Assembly (NCBI GenBank): GCA_034667685.1 | Contig: JAXDQU010000013.1 | Coordinates: 1-33,119, forward strand | Direction of reading: 5' to 3' | DNA: 33,119 nt | Origin: Thermoplasmata archaeon | GTDB lineage: Archaea; Thermoplasmatota; SW-10-69-26; JACQPN01; JAJPHT01 | Part shown: in pieces, positions 9,429 to 17,371 of the stretch | Numbering within the stretch: position 1 is the first letter of the stretch | How the letters are laid out: each line of letters begins with the position of its first letter | Notes under the pieces: model-generated | What the model saw: only the letters and a program-made list of their open reading frames with translations | Told to the model about the DNA's origin: nothing | Databases searched by the model: none | Translations under genes and position numbers: made by a program

Positions 9429-10184
9429 TCAGAGCTGCTCTTCCTCGGCGGGCGCGGCGGGGGCGGCCTCGCCTTCGGGCGCGGGCGCCGCTTCGGCGGG
9501 CGTCTCGGCCACGGGCTCCGGCTGCGGGGGCGCCGCGAAGAGGTCCACGGTCTCGAAGTACTGGCCGGGCTCGCCGACGACCTCGGACTTGCGGATCTCG
9601 ACGCGCTTCAAGGGGTAGATCTTGCGCGCCTCGCGGAAGACGACCTGGCCCAGCTCGCCGTTGACCACGTCGCGGATGAACGCGGGGTGGTCGCGCTCCT
9701 GCGCGGCAGAGGTGATGATGTCAACGGCCAGGCGGCGGATCTGCTGCTCCTGCGTGTGCTGGGCGCGGCGCTCCGTGACGGCCATGGGCTTGACGCGGAA
9801 CTGGAAGCCGTCCTTCGTGGTGACGTCGACGACCGCGTCGATCTTGGAGTGCTTCCTGCGCGTGAGGCGGCGGATGTAGTCGCTGGTCAGCTCGTGGCCC
9901 GCGAACTTCGTCGCGCACTCGTTGCCGCGGACGGCCGCGACCTTGAACTTGACCTTGATGTGCATCTTGCTGAAGTCGCCCGTGAGGTCCTGGAGGGTGG
10001 CCTCGGCGACGCGGCCGACGAGCTTCTCCGTCCCGTCCGCGAGCGTCTCGGCGATGGGGACGGCGTTGTACATGGGCGGCGCGCGCACCGTGTACCACTG
10101 CTTCGCCTTCCACTTGTCCTTGACCTTCTTGACCGCCGTGCGGCTGACCTTCTTCTTCGCGTTCTGCTCGGTCTTCTCTGCCAT
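9429..10184 (-). CDS. rps3ae: 30S ribosomal protein S3ae (eS1)
   Basis: KVKDKWKAKQWYTVRAP, GRVAEATLQDLTGDFSK, GHELTSDYIRRLTRR and KIYPLKRVEIRKSEV, with an acidic Pro/Ala tail. Confidence 0.97.
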   Translation of the reverse strand: MAEKTEQNAKKKVSRTAVKKVKDKWKAKQWYTVRAPPMYNAVPIAETLADGTEKLVGRVAEATLQDLTGDFSKMHIKVKFKVAAVRGNECATKFAGHELTSDYIRRLTRRKHSKIDAVVDVTTKDGFQFRVKPMAVTERRAQHTQEQQIRRLAVDIITSAAQERDHPAFIRDVVNGELGQVVFREARKIYPLKRVEIRKSEVVGEPGQYFETVDLFAAPPQPEPVAETPAEAAPAPEGEAAPAAPAEEEQL

Positions 10185-10369
10185 GCTGTGGTCCTCGGAG
10201 CCCGCACTGAGGCCTCAGGAGCTTCCGGGAGAAGAGTCGGCGAACGCTCCCGCGACGTGGCCCGAAGGCAAGAGGGAGCGGGTCGGTGCCGCATCCTCTC
10301 CACGGTCGCAGGCGGAGGGCCTCGCGCGGAAGGTAAGGCGGCGAAGAAAGCGACCTGATATAAGAGTTC

Positions 10370-10564
10370 CTACGGCAGCACGTACTCGACGCAGGTCACG
10401 AGGCGGCCGCCCTCGTCCTTGATCGTGCCGCCGGTGCAGTAGGGCACGAACACGCAGACCACGAAGTCGACGCTGGGGTCCTCGGCGGCGCAGGCGCTGG
10501 CGCCCGGCGTCACGAGGACGACGGTGGTCGTGAGCAGGAGGGCGGCGATGAGGAAGACCTTCAT
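10370..10564 (-). CDS. Small secreted Cys-containing protein (64 aa)
   Basis: Signal peptide MKVFLIAALLLTTTVVLVTPGASA followed by a 40-aa mature part with 4 Cys. Confidence 0.7.
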   Translation of the reverse strand: MKVFLIAALLLTTTVVLVTPGASACAAEDPSVDFVVCVFVPYCTGGTIKDEGGRLVTCVEYVLP

Positions 10565-10620
10565 GCGAGACGCGGAGCCACGGGGCACCGGTTGAAGCCT
10601 TTGGGCGCGCATCCATCCGT

Positions 10621-11454
10621 GTGAAGGAGATCCGCTTCGACGTCGAGGGGGAGTCGGTGGCCGGCTCGCTCCACGAGCCCACGGGCCCCCCGCGCGGCGC
10701 GCTCGTCATGGTCCACGGCTTCCTGAGCCAGCGCACGGAGTTCGCCGACGCGCCCGCCAAGCTCGCGCAGAAGGGGTGGGTGGCGCTCGCCATCGACCAG
10801 CGCGGCTTCGGCGCATCCGGCGGGCCCCGCGGCATCCTCAGCGCGCCGCGCGCCACGGCCGACACGCTCGGCGCCGTGGCCTGGCTGAGGCGCGAGTGGC
10901 CCACGCTCCCCGTCGGCCTCGTCGCCCACAGCATGGGCGCGGTCTTCGGCGCCGCCGCGATGGCCGCCGAGCCCACGATCCGCGCCGGCGTCCTCGGGGC
11001 GCCCATGAAGTCCGTGCGCGCGGAGCTGGGCGGGGGCGAGTTCCTGGGCTATCGTGCCGCGAACGCGATCTCGCGCGCCAAGTCCGCGGTCGGCCTCGGC
11101 CCGCTCGTCGTGCCCTACAAGAACCGGTACAAGGACCTCTTCGCCGACCCCGCCGCCGCCCGCCGCGCGGAGGAGAGCGCCTTCCTGACCACCACGGTCA
11201 GCCTCGCCAACTACGAGGCGCTCCTCGCGATGGACACGCTCGCCAGCGCGCGGCGCGTCAAGCAGCCGGTGCTCGTCCTCCTCGCCGAGCACGACAAGGC
11301 CGTCAAGCACGCCAACAGCAAGGAGGTCTACGACGCGCTCGCCGGCCCCAAGCAGCTCGTCACGCTCGACTGCGGCCACAGCATGTTCGGCGACCGGTGC
11401 GCCGACGAGGCCGTGGCGCACGTGGACCGCTGGATGGGGCAGCACCTGCGCTGA
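10621..11454 (+). CDS. Alpha/beta hydrolase
   Basis: VMVHGF, AIDQRGFGASGG, nucleophile elbow AHSMG, LLAEHDKAV and CGHSMF. Confidence 0.9.
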   Translation: MKEIRFDVEGESVAGSLHEPTGPPRGALVMVHGFLSQRTEFADAPAKLAQKGWVALAIDQRGFGASGGPRGILSAPRATADTLGAVAWLRREWPTLPVGLVAHSMGAVFGAAAMAAEPTIRAGVLGAPMKSVRAELGGGEFLGYRAANAISRAKSAVGLGPLVVPYKNRYKDLFADPAAARRAEESAFLTTTVSLANYEALLAMDTLASARRVKQPVLVLLAEHDKAVKHANSKEVYDALAGPKQLVTLDCGHSMFGDRCADEAVAHVDRWMGQHLR

Positions 11455-11464
11455 GGGCCTTCGT

Positions 11465-11539
11465 GGCGCTCCCTTACCAACACCCCGCCACCGAGTCCAC
11501 CGCGGATTACGGGGGTAGCGGGGTTGGGTAGGGAGCGCC
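11465..11539. repeat. Long imperfect intergenic hairpin (about 75 nt)
   Basis: ggcgctccct-tacc-aac-accccgccacc ... ggtagcggggt-tg-ggta-gggagcgcc. Confidence 0.65.
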
Positions 11540-11619
11540 GGCAAACGACCTCGGCGTGCGTCGTACCACCACGCCGTGACAACCTCCGGCTTATGGCTCC
11601 CGTCGCAAGAGCCCGGCGC

Positions 11620-11988
11620 GTGGCGCGCGCGCTCGTCCTGCTGCTGGTCCTCGTGGCCCTCCCGCTGCCCCACGCCGCGGCCGCGACCACCGTCCCGGGC
11701 GCGATCCACGGCGCGGGCACCGTCTCCACGTTCTACGTCAAGACGGGCGGCGAGTTCTTCGAAGGCGGCGCATTCGACTGGAACTTCGCGTGCGCGGGCT
11801 GCTACGTGCGCTTCACCGTCGTCTCGGGCACGTTCGACGTCGTCCAGAATGGCGCCATCGTCGCGCTCGCGCCGGGCAGCTATCAGATCCCGGGCTTCGC
11901 GGGCTACATCGGCATGACCGTCAACGGCCCGCACGACTTCTTCTGGGAGATCCACGGCACGGGGCAGGTCTCGCCCTGGAGCCCGTGA
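11620..11988 (+). CDS. Secreted beta-rich hypothetical protein
   Basis: GTG 11620 (or ATG 11593). Signal ARALVLLLVLVALPLPHAAA, a CAGC motif, and a Gly/aromatic-rich body. Confidence 0.7.
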   Translation: MARALVLLLVLVALPLPHAAAATTVPGAIHGAGTVSTFYVKTGGEFFEGGAFDWNFACAGCYVRFTVVSGTFDVVQNGAIVALAPGSYQIPGFAGYIGMTVNGPHDFFWEIHGTGQVSPWSP

Positions 11989-11991
11989 AGC

Positions 11992-12088
11992 GACGGCCGG
12001 GTCAGGTGACTGGACACCCTGCTCCGACGCCGTGGCGCACGTGTCTAGTCACCTGACCTGCCGTCATCCCGCCAGGTGTCTAGTCACC
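11992..12088. repeat. GTGACT(A/G)GACAC palindrome with a third partial copy
   Basis: 11992-12017 gacggccgggtcaggtgactggacac pairs with 12041-12065 gtgtctagtcacctgacctgccgtc. An extra ggtgtctagtcacc lies at 12075-12088. Confidence 0.8.
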
Positions 12089-12129
12089 CGCCCGCCGCCT
12101 TCATGCCGCCCCGCCCCATTCGCAGCCGC

Positions 12130-12495
12130 ATGTCCGAGGCCCTGCCGCTCCTGGTCGAGGAGCTGTTCGACGTGGAAGACGCGATCCGCGACCTGGAGTC
12201 GCGCAAGGAGACGCTCCGCGCGGCGATCCGCGACGCGCTGGCCCAGGAGAAGCTCGGCGGCATCCAGCTCGCGCGCGGCTCCATCTCGACGCAGACCCTG
12301 GCATCGTTCCGCGGCCTGAAGCCCAGCATGGTGCTCCCGCTCGCGGCCGAGCGCGGCTGGGTCGACGAGGCGCTCCAGGTCAACGGCCGCGGGCTGCACC
12401 GGGTCGCCTCGCCGCTCCCCACGGTGATGGACACGCTGCGCGCGCTCGGGGAGGAGAGCGTCACGGAGACGATCGTGGTGCGGCGGGCGCGTTGA
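12130..12495 (+). CDS. Hypothetical protein with N-terminal coiled coil
   Basis: ATG 12130, MSEALPLLVEELFDVEDAIRDLESRKETLRAAIRDAL; 121 aa with GC3-biased codons. Confidence 0.65.
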   Translation: MSEALPLLVEELFDVEDAIRDLESRKETLRAAIRDALAQEKLGGIQLARGSISTQTLASFRGLKPSMVLPLAAERGWVDEALQVNGRGLHRVASPLPTVMDTLRALGEESVTETIVVRRAR

Positions 12496-12546
12496 TGCCA
12501 TTCGAAGGCTGGCGGCCGAAGCTTCCGACGCGCGTCATGTTGGCCT

Positions 12547-12652
12547 GCCGCCTCCGGCGGAAAGCATCCCGAATCACGAAGACCCGAATCCCGCCTTTTC
12601 CTCGTCGTGATTCGGGTCTTCGTGATTCGGGATTTTCCCCGCCAGAGGCGGC
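12547..12652. repeat. CCCGAATCACGAA-type palindrome
   Basis: Perfect 25-bp inverted repeat 12566-12590 / 12609-12633 with outer arms gccgcctccggcgg / ccgccagaggcggc. Confidence 0.85.
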
Positions 12653-12658
12653 GCCAAC

Positions 12659-12711
12659 TCACAGGAACGAGATCCCGGCGGGCATCTTGCCCACGCGCTC
12701 GCGGAACGCCT
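12659..12711 (-). repeat. Duplicated 3' end of serS (copy of 12829-12881)
   Basis: 48/53 nt identical. Both copies encode AFRERVGKMPAGISFL* and all differences are synonymous. Confidence 0.9.
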
Positions 12712-12828
12712 CCGGCCCGGCCCTTTTTCGGTCGGGGCGCTCCGGCCGCTGAAGCGGCCTCCGGCCCCGACCCGCTCGCTGCGGCTCGCGGGCGCTTCGC
12801 GCCGAAAAAGCGCCGGCGGAAAACGATA

Positions 12829-14376
12829 TCACAAGAAGCTGATCCCGGCCGGCATCTTGCCCACGCGCTCGCGGAACGCCTTGGGCCAGCCCTCGGGGTC
12901 GAGGCCCTTCTGCGAGAGGAAGGCGACGGTCCACCGCTCCAGGCCGATGCCGGAGCATCCGCTCCAGAGGTCCGCCTTCTGCCCCTTGATGTTGAACGCG
13001 TCGGTGTATTTCTTGCCGACGATGCTGAGGTTCTGGAACTCCAGCCACTCGCTCTCTTCGCGGCTTCCGCGGTAGGGGAGCCACGCCTCGAAGTCGAGCG
13101 TGCCGGTCTCGGGGGCGTCGGCGAGCGTCTTCTCCTTGCGCTTCTCGCCCTCGGCCGAGGCTTCGTCGCCCATGCCGCTGTGGCTCATGTAGAAGGGCGT
13201 GACGCTGGCGACGCGCCACTCCAGCTCCAGGATGTCGTTGAAGACGTGCTGGTAACGCGCCAGGAGCTTCTCGCGGATCTGGAGGAGCTGCTCGCGCGTG
13301 CCCACGTACACGGGCTCGATGCGGTGGAACTCGTCGACGCGCTCGATGCCGTGGCGGCCGCCGCTCTCGTAGCGGTTGCTCACCGCGGTGCGGTCGTAGA
13401 CCTGGATGGGCAGGCTCGCGTCGGCGATGGTCTTCTGCCCGAGGCTCCAGTAGACGTTCTCGCACTGCGCGTAGCAGATGCCCGCGACGGGGGGCTGGAT
13501 GTTCTTCATCAGCTCCTCGGTGGGCACGGTGCGCGTGATCTTCATGAGGTCGCGATATCGTTCCCACGCGGCCACGTCGCGCGTCTTGGGCTCGACGACG
13601 TAGTAGATCTCGTTGGGCACGCCGTGCGCGTGGCCCGTGCGGATCCACGTGTCGAGCGAGACGTGGTGCGGCAGGATGACCTCCTCGAAGCCCAGCGGCT
13701 TGAGCACCTCCTCGACCGCGATGCGCTCCATCGTGCGCAGGATGTGCGCGGCCTGCGGGCGGAAGAACCACTTGCCCTTCGTCGGGCCCTGCTTGAGCCA
13801 GTCGCGTGATAGCATCTCCTCGGACGGGTCCTTGCTCCACGCCTCGTGGCGCTTGGGGCTCGTGTAGAGCGTGTGGTGCATCTCGCCCTTGCCCTCGTAG
13901 TGCTGGTGCTCCGCCTTCTCGCGCACGAGGTTGATCATGCGGTCGATGCTGTTGTTCGCCAGGAACTCCTCGCTGACGTCCTCCAGCTCCATCGTGACGG
14001 CCGTGCCGTCGAACTTCAGCGTCTTGGCGAAGGGGATGGTGAAGGGCGCCTTGGCGGGCCGCTCCAGGTCGAAGCCCACCTCGTAGCTCTCGATGACGAC
14101 GTCGCGCACGCCGATGCGGTGCTTCTTCCCGAGCCGCTCGGCGAGGCCCTTGCGCAGCCGCAGGAGCGCCTCGTGCGCGCGCGTGCGGCCGTGCGTCTCC
14201 ACCTCGATGGCGACCTCCTTGCCCTCGCCCTTCCAGCGCGTGACCGCCCCGCCGTCGCCCGTGGGCGTGCGCGCGAGGAACGTGCTGTTCGCCTCCTGGA
14301 AGTAGGCGTCGAGGTCCGCGACGGCGGGGCCGACGTCCGCGGAAAGGAGGAAGCGACCGGCGAGGTCGAAGCGCAT
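12829..14376 (-). CDS. serS: Serine--tRNA ligase, methanogen (Zn-dependent) type
   Basis: ATG 14376, MRFDLAGRFLLS. N-domain motif GRTRAHEALLRLRKGLAERLGKKHRIGVR; YAQC, RYESGGRHGIERVDEFHRIE, WLEFQNLS and WSGCSGIGLERW. TATA-like TTTTAAG about 26 nt upstream. Confidence 0.95.
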   Translation of the reverse strand: MRFDLAGRFLLSADVGPAVADLDAYFQEANSTFLARTPTGDGGAVTRWKGEGKEVAIEVETHGRTRAHEALLRLRKGLAERLGKKHRIGVRDVVIESYEVGFDLERPAKAPFTIPFAKTLKFDGTAVTMELEDVSEEFLANNSIDRMINLVREKAEHQHYEGKGEMHHTLYTSPKRHEAWSKDPSEEMLSRDWLKQGPTKGKWFFRPQAAHILRTMERIAVEEVLKPLGFEEVILPHHVSLDTWIRTGHAHGVPNEIYYVVEPKTRDVAAWERYRDLMKITRTVPTEELMKNIQPPVAGICYAQCENVYWSLGQKTIADASLPIQVYDRTAVSNRYESGGRHGIERVDEFHRIEPVYVGTREQLLQIREKLLARYQHVFNDILELEWRVASVTPFYMSHSGMGDEASAEGEKRKEKTLADAPETGTLDFEAWLPYRGSREESEWLEFQNLSIVGKKYTDAFNIKGQKADLWSGCSGIGLERWTVAFLSQKGLDPEGWPKAFRERVGKMPAGISFL

Positions 14377-14478
14377 GGAGCCGCGAAGCGCCACCCCCCG
14401 CTTAAAAGGCCCTCTCCCCTCGGCCGGTGTGCGGAGGATGCTCGTGGTTCGAGACCTCCGGACGCCGACGCACGTGCC

Positions 14479-14859
14479 GTGCGGCCCACGTTGGTCCTCG
14501 TCGCGGCGGGCTCGGTCGCCGTGGCGGGCGCCGCCCTGGTGGCCGCGCGGAGCGTCCGGCGCCGCCGCCCCGCGGGCCAGATCCTCCTGCGCGCGCTGCT
14601 GCGGGGCTCGGGCGACGTGGGCCTCGTCGTGGGCGTCCTTCTCCTGGGCTTCTCGTTCGCGTGCGCGTTGCTCCTGATGCGGACCGGAAGCCGCGCGGGC
14701 GATCCCGCGGCGCGCCGGCGCGGCGTTCTCTTCGGGGGCGGGCTGGGTTTGCTGGCGCTCGCGCCGCTGGCGGCGTTCGCCCCGCTGGATGGCGACCTCG
14801 CCCTGGGCGTGGCGTTGCTCGCGGGCGCTGCGGCCGTCTTCGTGGGCCATCAGCGCTGA
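14479..14859 (+). CDS. Small hydrophobic membrane protein
   Basis: GTG 14479 within ORF 13846..14859, with 4 hydrophobic segments. It is antisense to the operon, between pcc1 and serS. Confidence 0.5.
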   Translation: MRPTLVLVAAGSVAVAGAALVAARSVRRRRPAGQILLRALLRGSGDVGLVVGVLLLGFSFACALLLMRTGSRAGDPAARRRGVLFGGGLGLLALAPLAAFAPLDGDLALGVALLAGAAAVFVGHQR

Positions 14860-15080
14860 GCGGCGCGCCCGGCCCGCTGCGCCGCGGAGAGGCACGCGAG
14901 CGCGTCGTCGAGCGTGTGGAGCAGCGCGAGCGGTCCGTCCGCCTCGGCCTCCGCGGCGAGGGTCGCGCCCTCGACGCGCACGCGCAGGTACGTCTCGTTC
15001 TCGGGCGCCAGCGCGGCGGCCATCCGCGCGGCCTCCTCGGGCGACTCGAAGGCCAGCGTGAGCCGCGCCGAGGACCTCAC
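14850..15080 (-). CDS. pcc1: KEOPS complex subunit Pcc1
   Basis: GTG 15080 overlaps the upstream TGA. Sequence ARLTLAFESPEEAARMAAALAPEN...LLHTLDDALACLSAA; conserved position after the DHH gene. Confidence 0.85.
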   Translation of the reverse strand: MRSSARLTLAFESPEEAARMAAALAPENETYLRVRVEGATLAAEAEADGPLALLHTLDDALACLSAAQRAGRAAQR

Positions 15081-16336
15081 GCCAGCGCCTCCGCGAGCAG
15101 CTTGCGGAAGCGCGACTCCTCCGGCGCGGGAAGCGTGGCGCGGGCGCGGCGCCCGTCGCCCCAGGCCTGGCCGCCGCACGCGAGCGCGGCGTGGCGCGCG
15201 GTCCGGCCCAGGTCCCTCGCCGCGAAGCCGCGCAGCGCCACCGTCGTCTCGGCGCCCGCCTCGTGGCGCGCCAGCGCGACGGAGCCCTGCGGCGCGAAGG
15301 CCAGCGCGACGCGGTCGGCCAGCGGCGCGCACAGCCCCGCGCGCGGCGCGTCGACCACGACGAGCGGGCCCTCGGCCTTGCGCTCGCGCTCGGCGCGCAG
15401 CAACGCCGCGACGAGCTCCTCGCGCACGGCGTCGAGGGCCGCGAAGGCGTCCGCGGAGGCTTTCGCGTCGGGCCAGAGGGCCGCCATCGCGAGGCCGCAG
15501 CGCTCCTGCGCGCACGCCGCCTCCGCCTGGCGCGCGAGGTCGCGCACGTCGAGCCCCGTGAGCGGGCCCTGGAGCGCGCGCAGCGCGGGGCGGTAGAGCG
15601 CGTCGAGCGCCGCGTCGGGCGCCTCCTGCGCCAGGAGCCGCACGCTCAGGAAGGAGCCGAGCCGCTCCGCGGATTCGCCCGTGACCGCGCTGGGCGGCGA
15701 GTCGCCGGAAAGGCGCAGGTCGGAGACGAGCTTGTTGGCGTTGCGCGCGCGCCCCGTGATGCCCGCGACGAAGGGGGCGTCCTGCGAGGCCAGCGCGGAG
15801 ACGAGGGTCGCGCCGCGCAGCGAGAGCGCGGGCTCGGGTGATAGCACGCCGCCCTCGCGCGCCTCGGCGAGGATCTGCGCCTCCAGGCCCTTCAGCCCTC
15901 CCACGTCGGCCCACGAGGCGAGCGCGCCGGCCAGCGCGAGGGGCGCGAGGTCGAGGTTGCGCTTCGAGACGGCGACGCCCACGAGGTGCGCCATCGCCGC
16001 GACGCCGCCTTCCGCGAGCACCGCGCTTCCCTGCAGGGTGGTCGGGCCCGCGTCGAGGATGACCTTGTGGAGCGCGGGCACGTCGTCCGTGGTCGCGTCG
16101 CCCGAGAGGCCCACGAGCACGAGCGCGTCGTTGCGCTCCTGCGCGAGGTCGTGGACCGCCTGCGTGGAGAGCTGCCGCGCCCACGAGACGTGCACGTCGA
16201 CGTGCTCGCGGCGGAGCGCGTGGGTCAGCAGCGCGGCCGCGCAGACCGCGGAGGGGTCCGCCCGCGCCACCACGCGCACGTAGGCATGGTCGAGGAGGAG
16301 GCGCGCGGCCTTGTGGGCTTCCTCGATCAGCGCCAT
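15077..16336 (-). CDS. RecJ/GAN (Cdc45)-like DHH-family protein with degenerate catalytic motifs
   Basis: Located between rps15 and pcc1. DHH-type N-terminus (VRVVARADPSAVCAAALL) and DHHA1-like C-terminus (DLGRTARHAALACGGQAWGDGRRARATLP). Confidence 0.75.
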   Translation of the reverse strand: MALIEEAHKAARLLLDHAYVRVVARADPSAVCAAALLTHALRREHVDVHVSWARQLSTQAVHDLAQERNDALVLVGLSGDATTDDVPALHKVILDAGPTTLQGSAVLAEGGVAAMAHLVGVAVSKRNLDLAPLALAGALASWADVGGLKGLEAQILAEAREGGVLSPEPALSLRGATLVSALASQDAPFVAGITGRARNANKLVSDLRLSGDSPPSAVTGESAERLGSFLSVRLLAQEAPDAALDALYRPALRALQGPLTGLDVRDLARQAEAACAQERCGLAMAALWPDAKASADAFAALDAVREELVAALLRAERERKAEGPLVVVDAPRAGLCAPLADRVALAFAPQGSVALARHEAGAETTVALRGFAARDLGRTARHAALACGGQAWGDGRRARATLPAPEESRFRKLLAEALA

Positions 16337-16418
16337 CGCCCGCCGATGAGCCCCGACGTGTCATAGACCCTTTGGGGAGGCCGTCGCTGAAGGTGCCCTT
16401 CCGGTGGAGCGCGCGGCT

Positions 16419-17294
16419 TCAGCCGTAGCAGATGGGGCCGTAGCCGATCTGCCCGTAGTCGCACGCTTGGGGCATCGGGTAGCAGACGCCGTACGCGCCG
16501 ACCTCGCCGTAGTCGCAGGGCGGGGGCGGCGGGGGCGGCGTCACGCACGCGGGCTTCTCGCCGACCTGGCCGGAGCCGCAGGGGCCGATCGCGGGCTTGT
16601 TGATGCACTTGATGACGCCGATCTGGTTGCTGCCGCACGGCGTGTAGCAGAGGGGCGGCACGCCGTCCTGCCACGGGGGGCAGCTCGTGGGCGGCTTGTT
16701 GACGCAGACGGGGCCATAGCCCACCTTGCCGGAGGTGCATGGCTGGGGCTTGGTCTCGCAGACGGGGCCGTAGCCGACCTCGCCGTTGGCGCAAGGCCCG
16801 GGCGGAGGGAGCGGCGTGACGCAGGTGGGCTCGACGCCGACGCTCCCGCTGGGGCAGAGGACGGGCTTGTTGACGCACTTGATGATGCCGATCTGGTTGC
16901 TGCCACACGGATTGTAGCACAGCGGGGGCACGCCGTCCTGCCACGACGGACAGGTGGTCGGGGGCCTGTTCACGCACACCGGCCCGTAGCCGACCTTGCC
17001 CGAGGTGCACGGCTGGGGCTTGGTCTCGCAGACGGGGCCGTAGCCCACGTGGCTGGAGTCGCACGGCGGGGGCGTCGGGGGCGGGCTCACGCACGTGTAA
17101 CCGTACCCGACCTCGCCGTAGGGACAGGGCTCGGGCGGCGTGACGCACACGTAGCCGTAGCCGACCTGGCCGTCGTCGCATTCGGGAAGGTAGACGCCCG
17201 GGGGGCCGTCGGACCCGCCGAGGCCGGCGGCGGCGGACGGAAGGGCGGCAAGCGTGAGCGCGAGTAGGAACGTGGCCTGGAGCATGCCTCGCAT
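16419..17294 (-). CDS. Secreted Cys/Pro/Gly-rich repeat protein (14 C-x9/10-C loops)
   Basis: Signal MRGMLQATFLLALTLAALPSAAA and repeated CxxG[EQK]VGYGPVC units; 291 aa. Confidence 0.85.
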   Translation of the reverse strand: MRGMLQATFLLALTLAALPSAAAGLGGSDGPPGVYLPECDDGQVGYGYVCVTPPEPCPYGEVGYGYTCVSPPPTPPPCDSSHVGYGPVCETKPQPCTSGKVGYGPVCVNRPPTTCPSWQDGVPPLCYNPCGSNQIGIIKCVNKPVLCPSGSVGVEPTCVTPLPPPGPCANGEVGYGPVCETKPQPCTSGKVGYGPVCVNKPPTSCPPWQDGVPPLCYTPCGSNQIGVIKCINKPAIGPCGSGQVGEKPACVTPPPPPPPCDYGEVGAYGVCYPMPQACDYGQIGYGPICYG

Positions 17295-17371
17295 GGCGGC
17301 GCGCCAAGCGGGCAGCGCCGGTTGAACCTGGGCAGCCGACCGGTTGCCGGCGCCCCGCGCGAAGCCGAGGC

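Noticed and set aside
12659-12881. Diversity-generating retroelement TR/VR pair at the serS end
   Set aside because: Mismatches are synonymous and not confined to adenines, and there is no reverse transcriptase in the window.
12659-13840. 393-aa ORF ending in the same C-terminus as SerRS, as a real alternative product
   Set aside because: Its body is an off-frame shadow of serS. The shared ending arises only from the duplicated 3' end, and no frameshift signal is evident.
14440-14460. tRNA-like GGTTCGAG
   Set aside because: No cloverleaf, acceptor stem or D-arm surrounds it.
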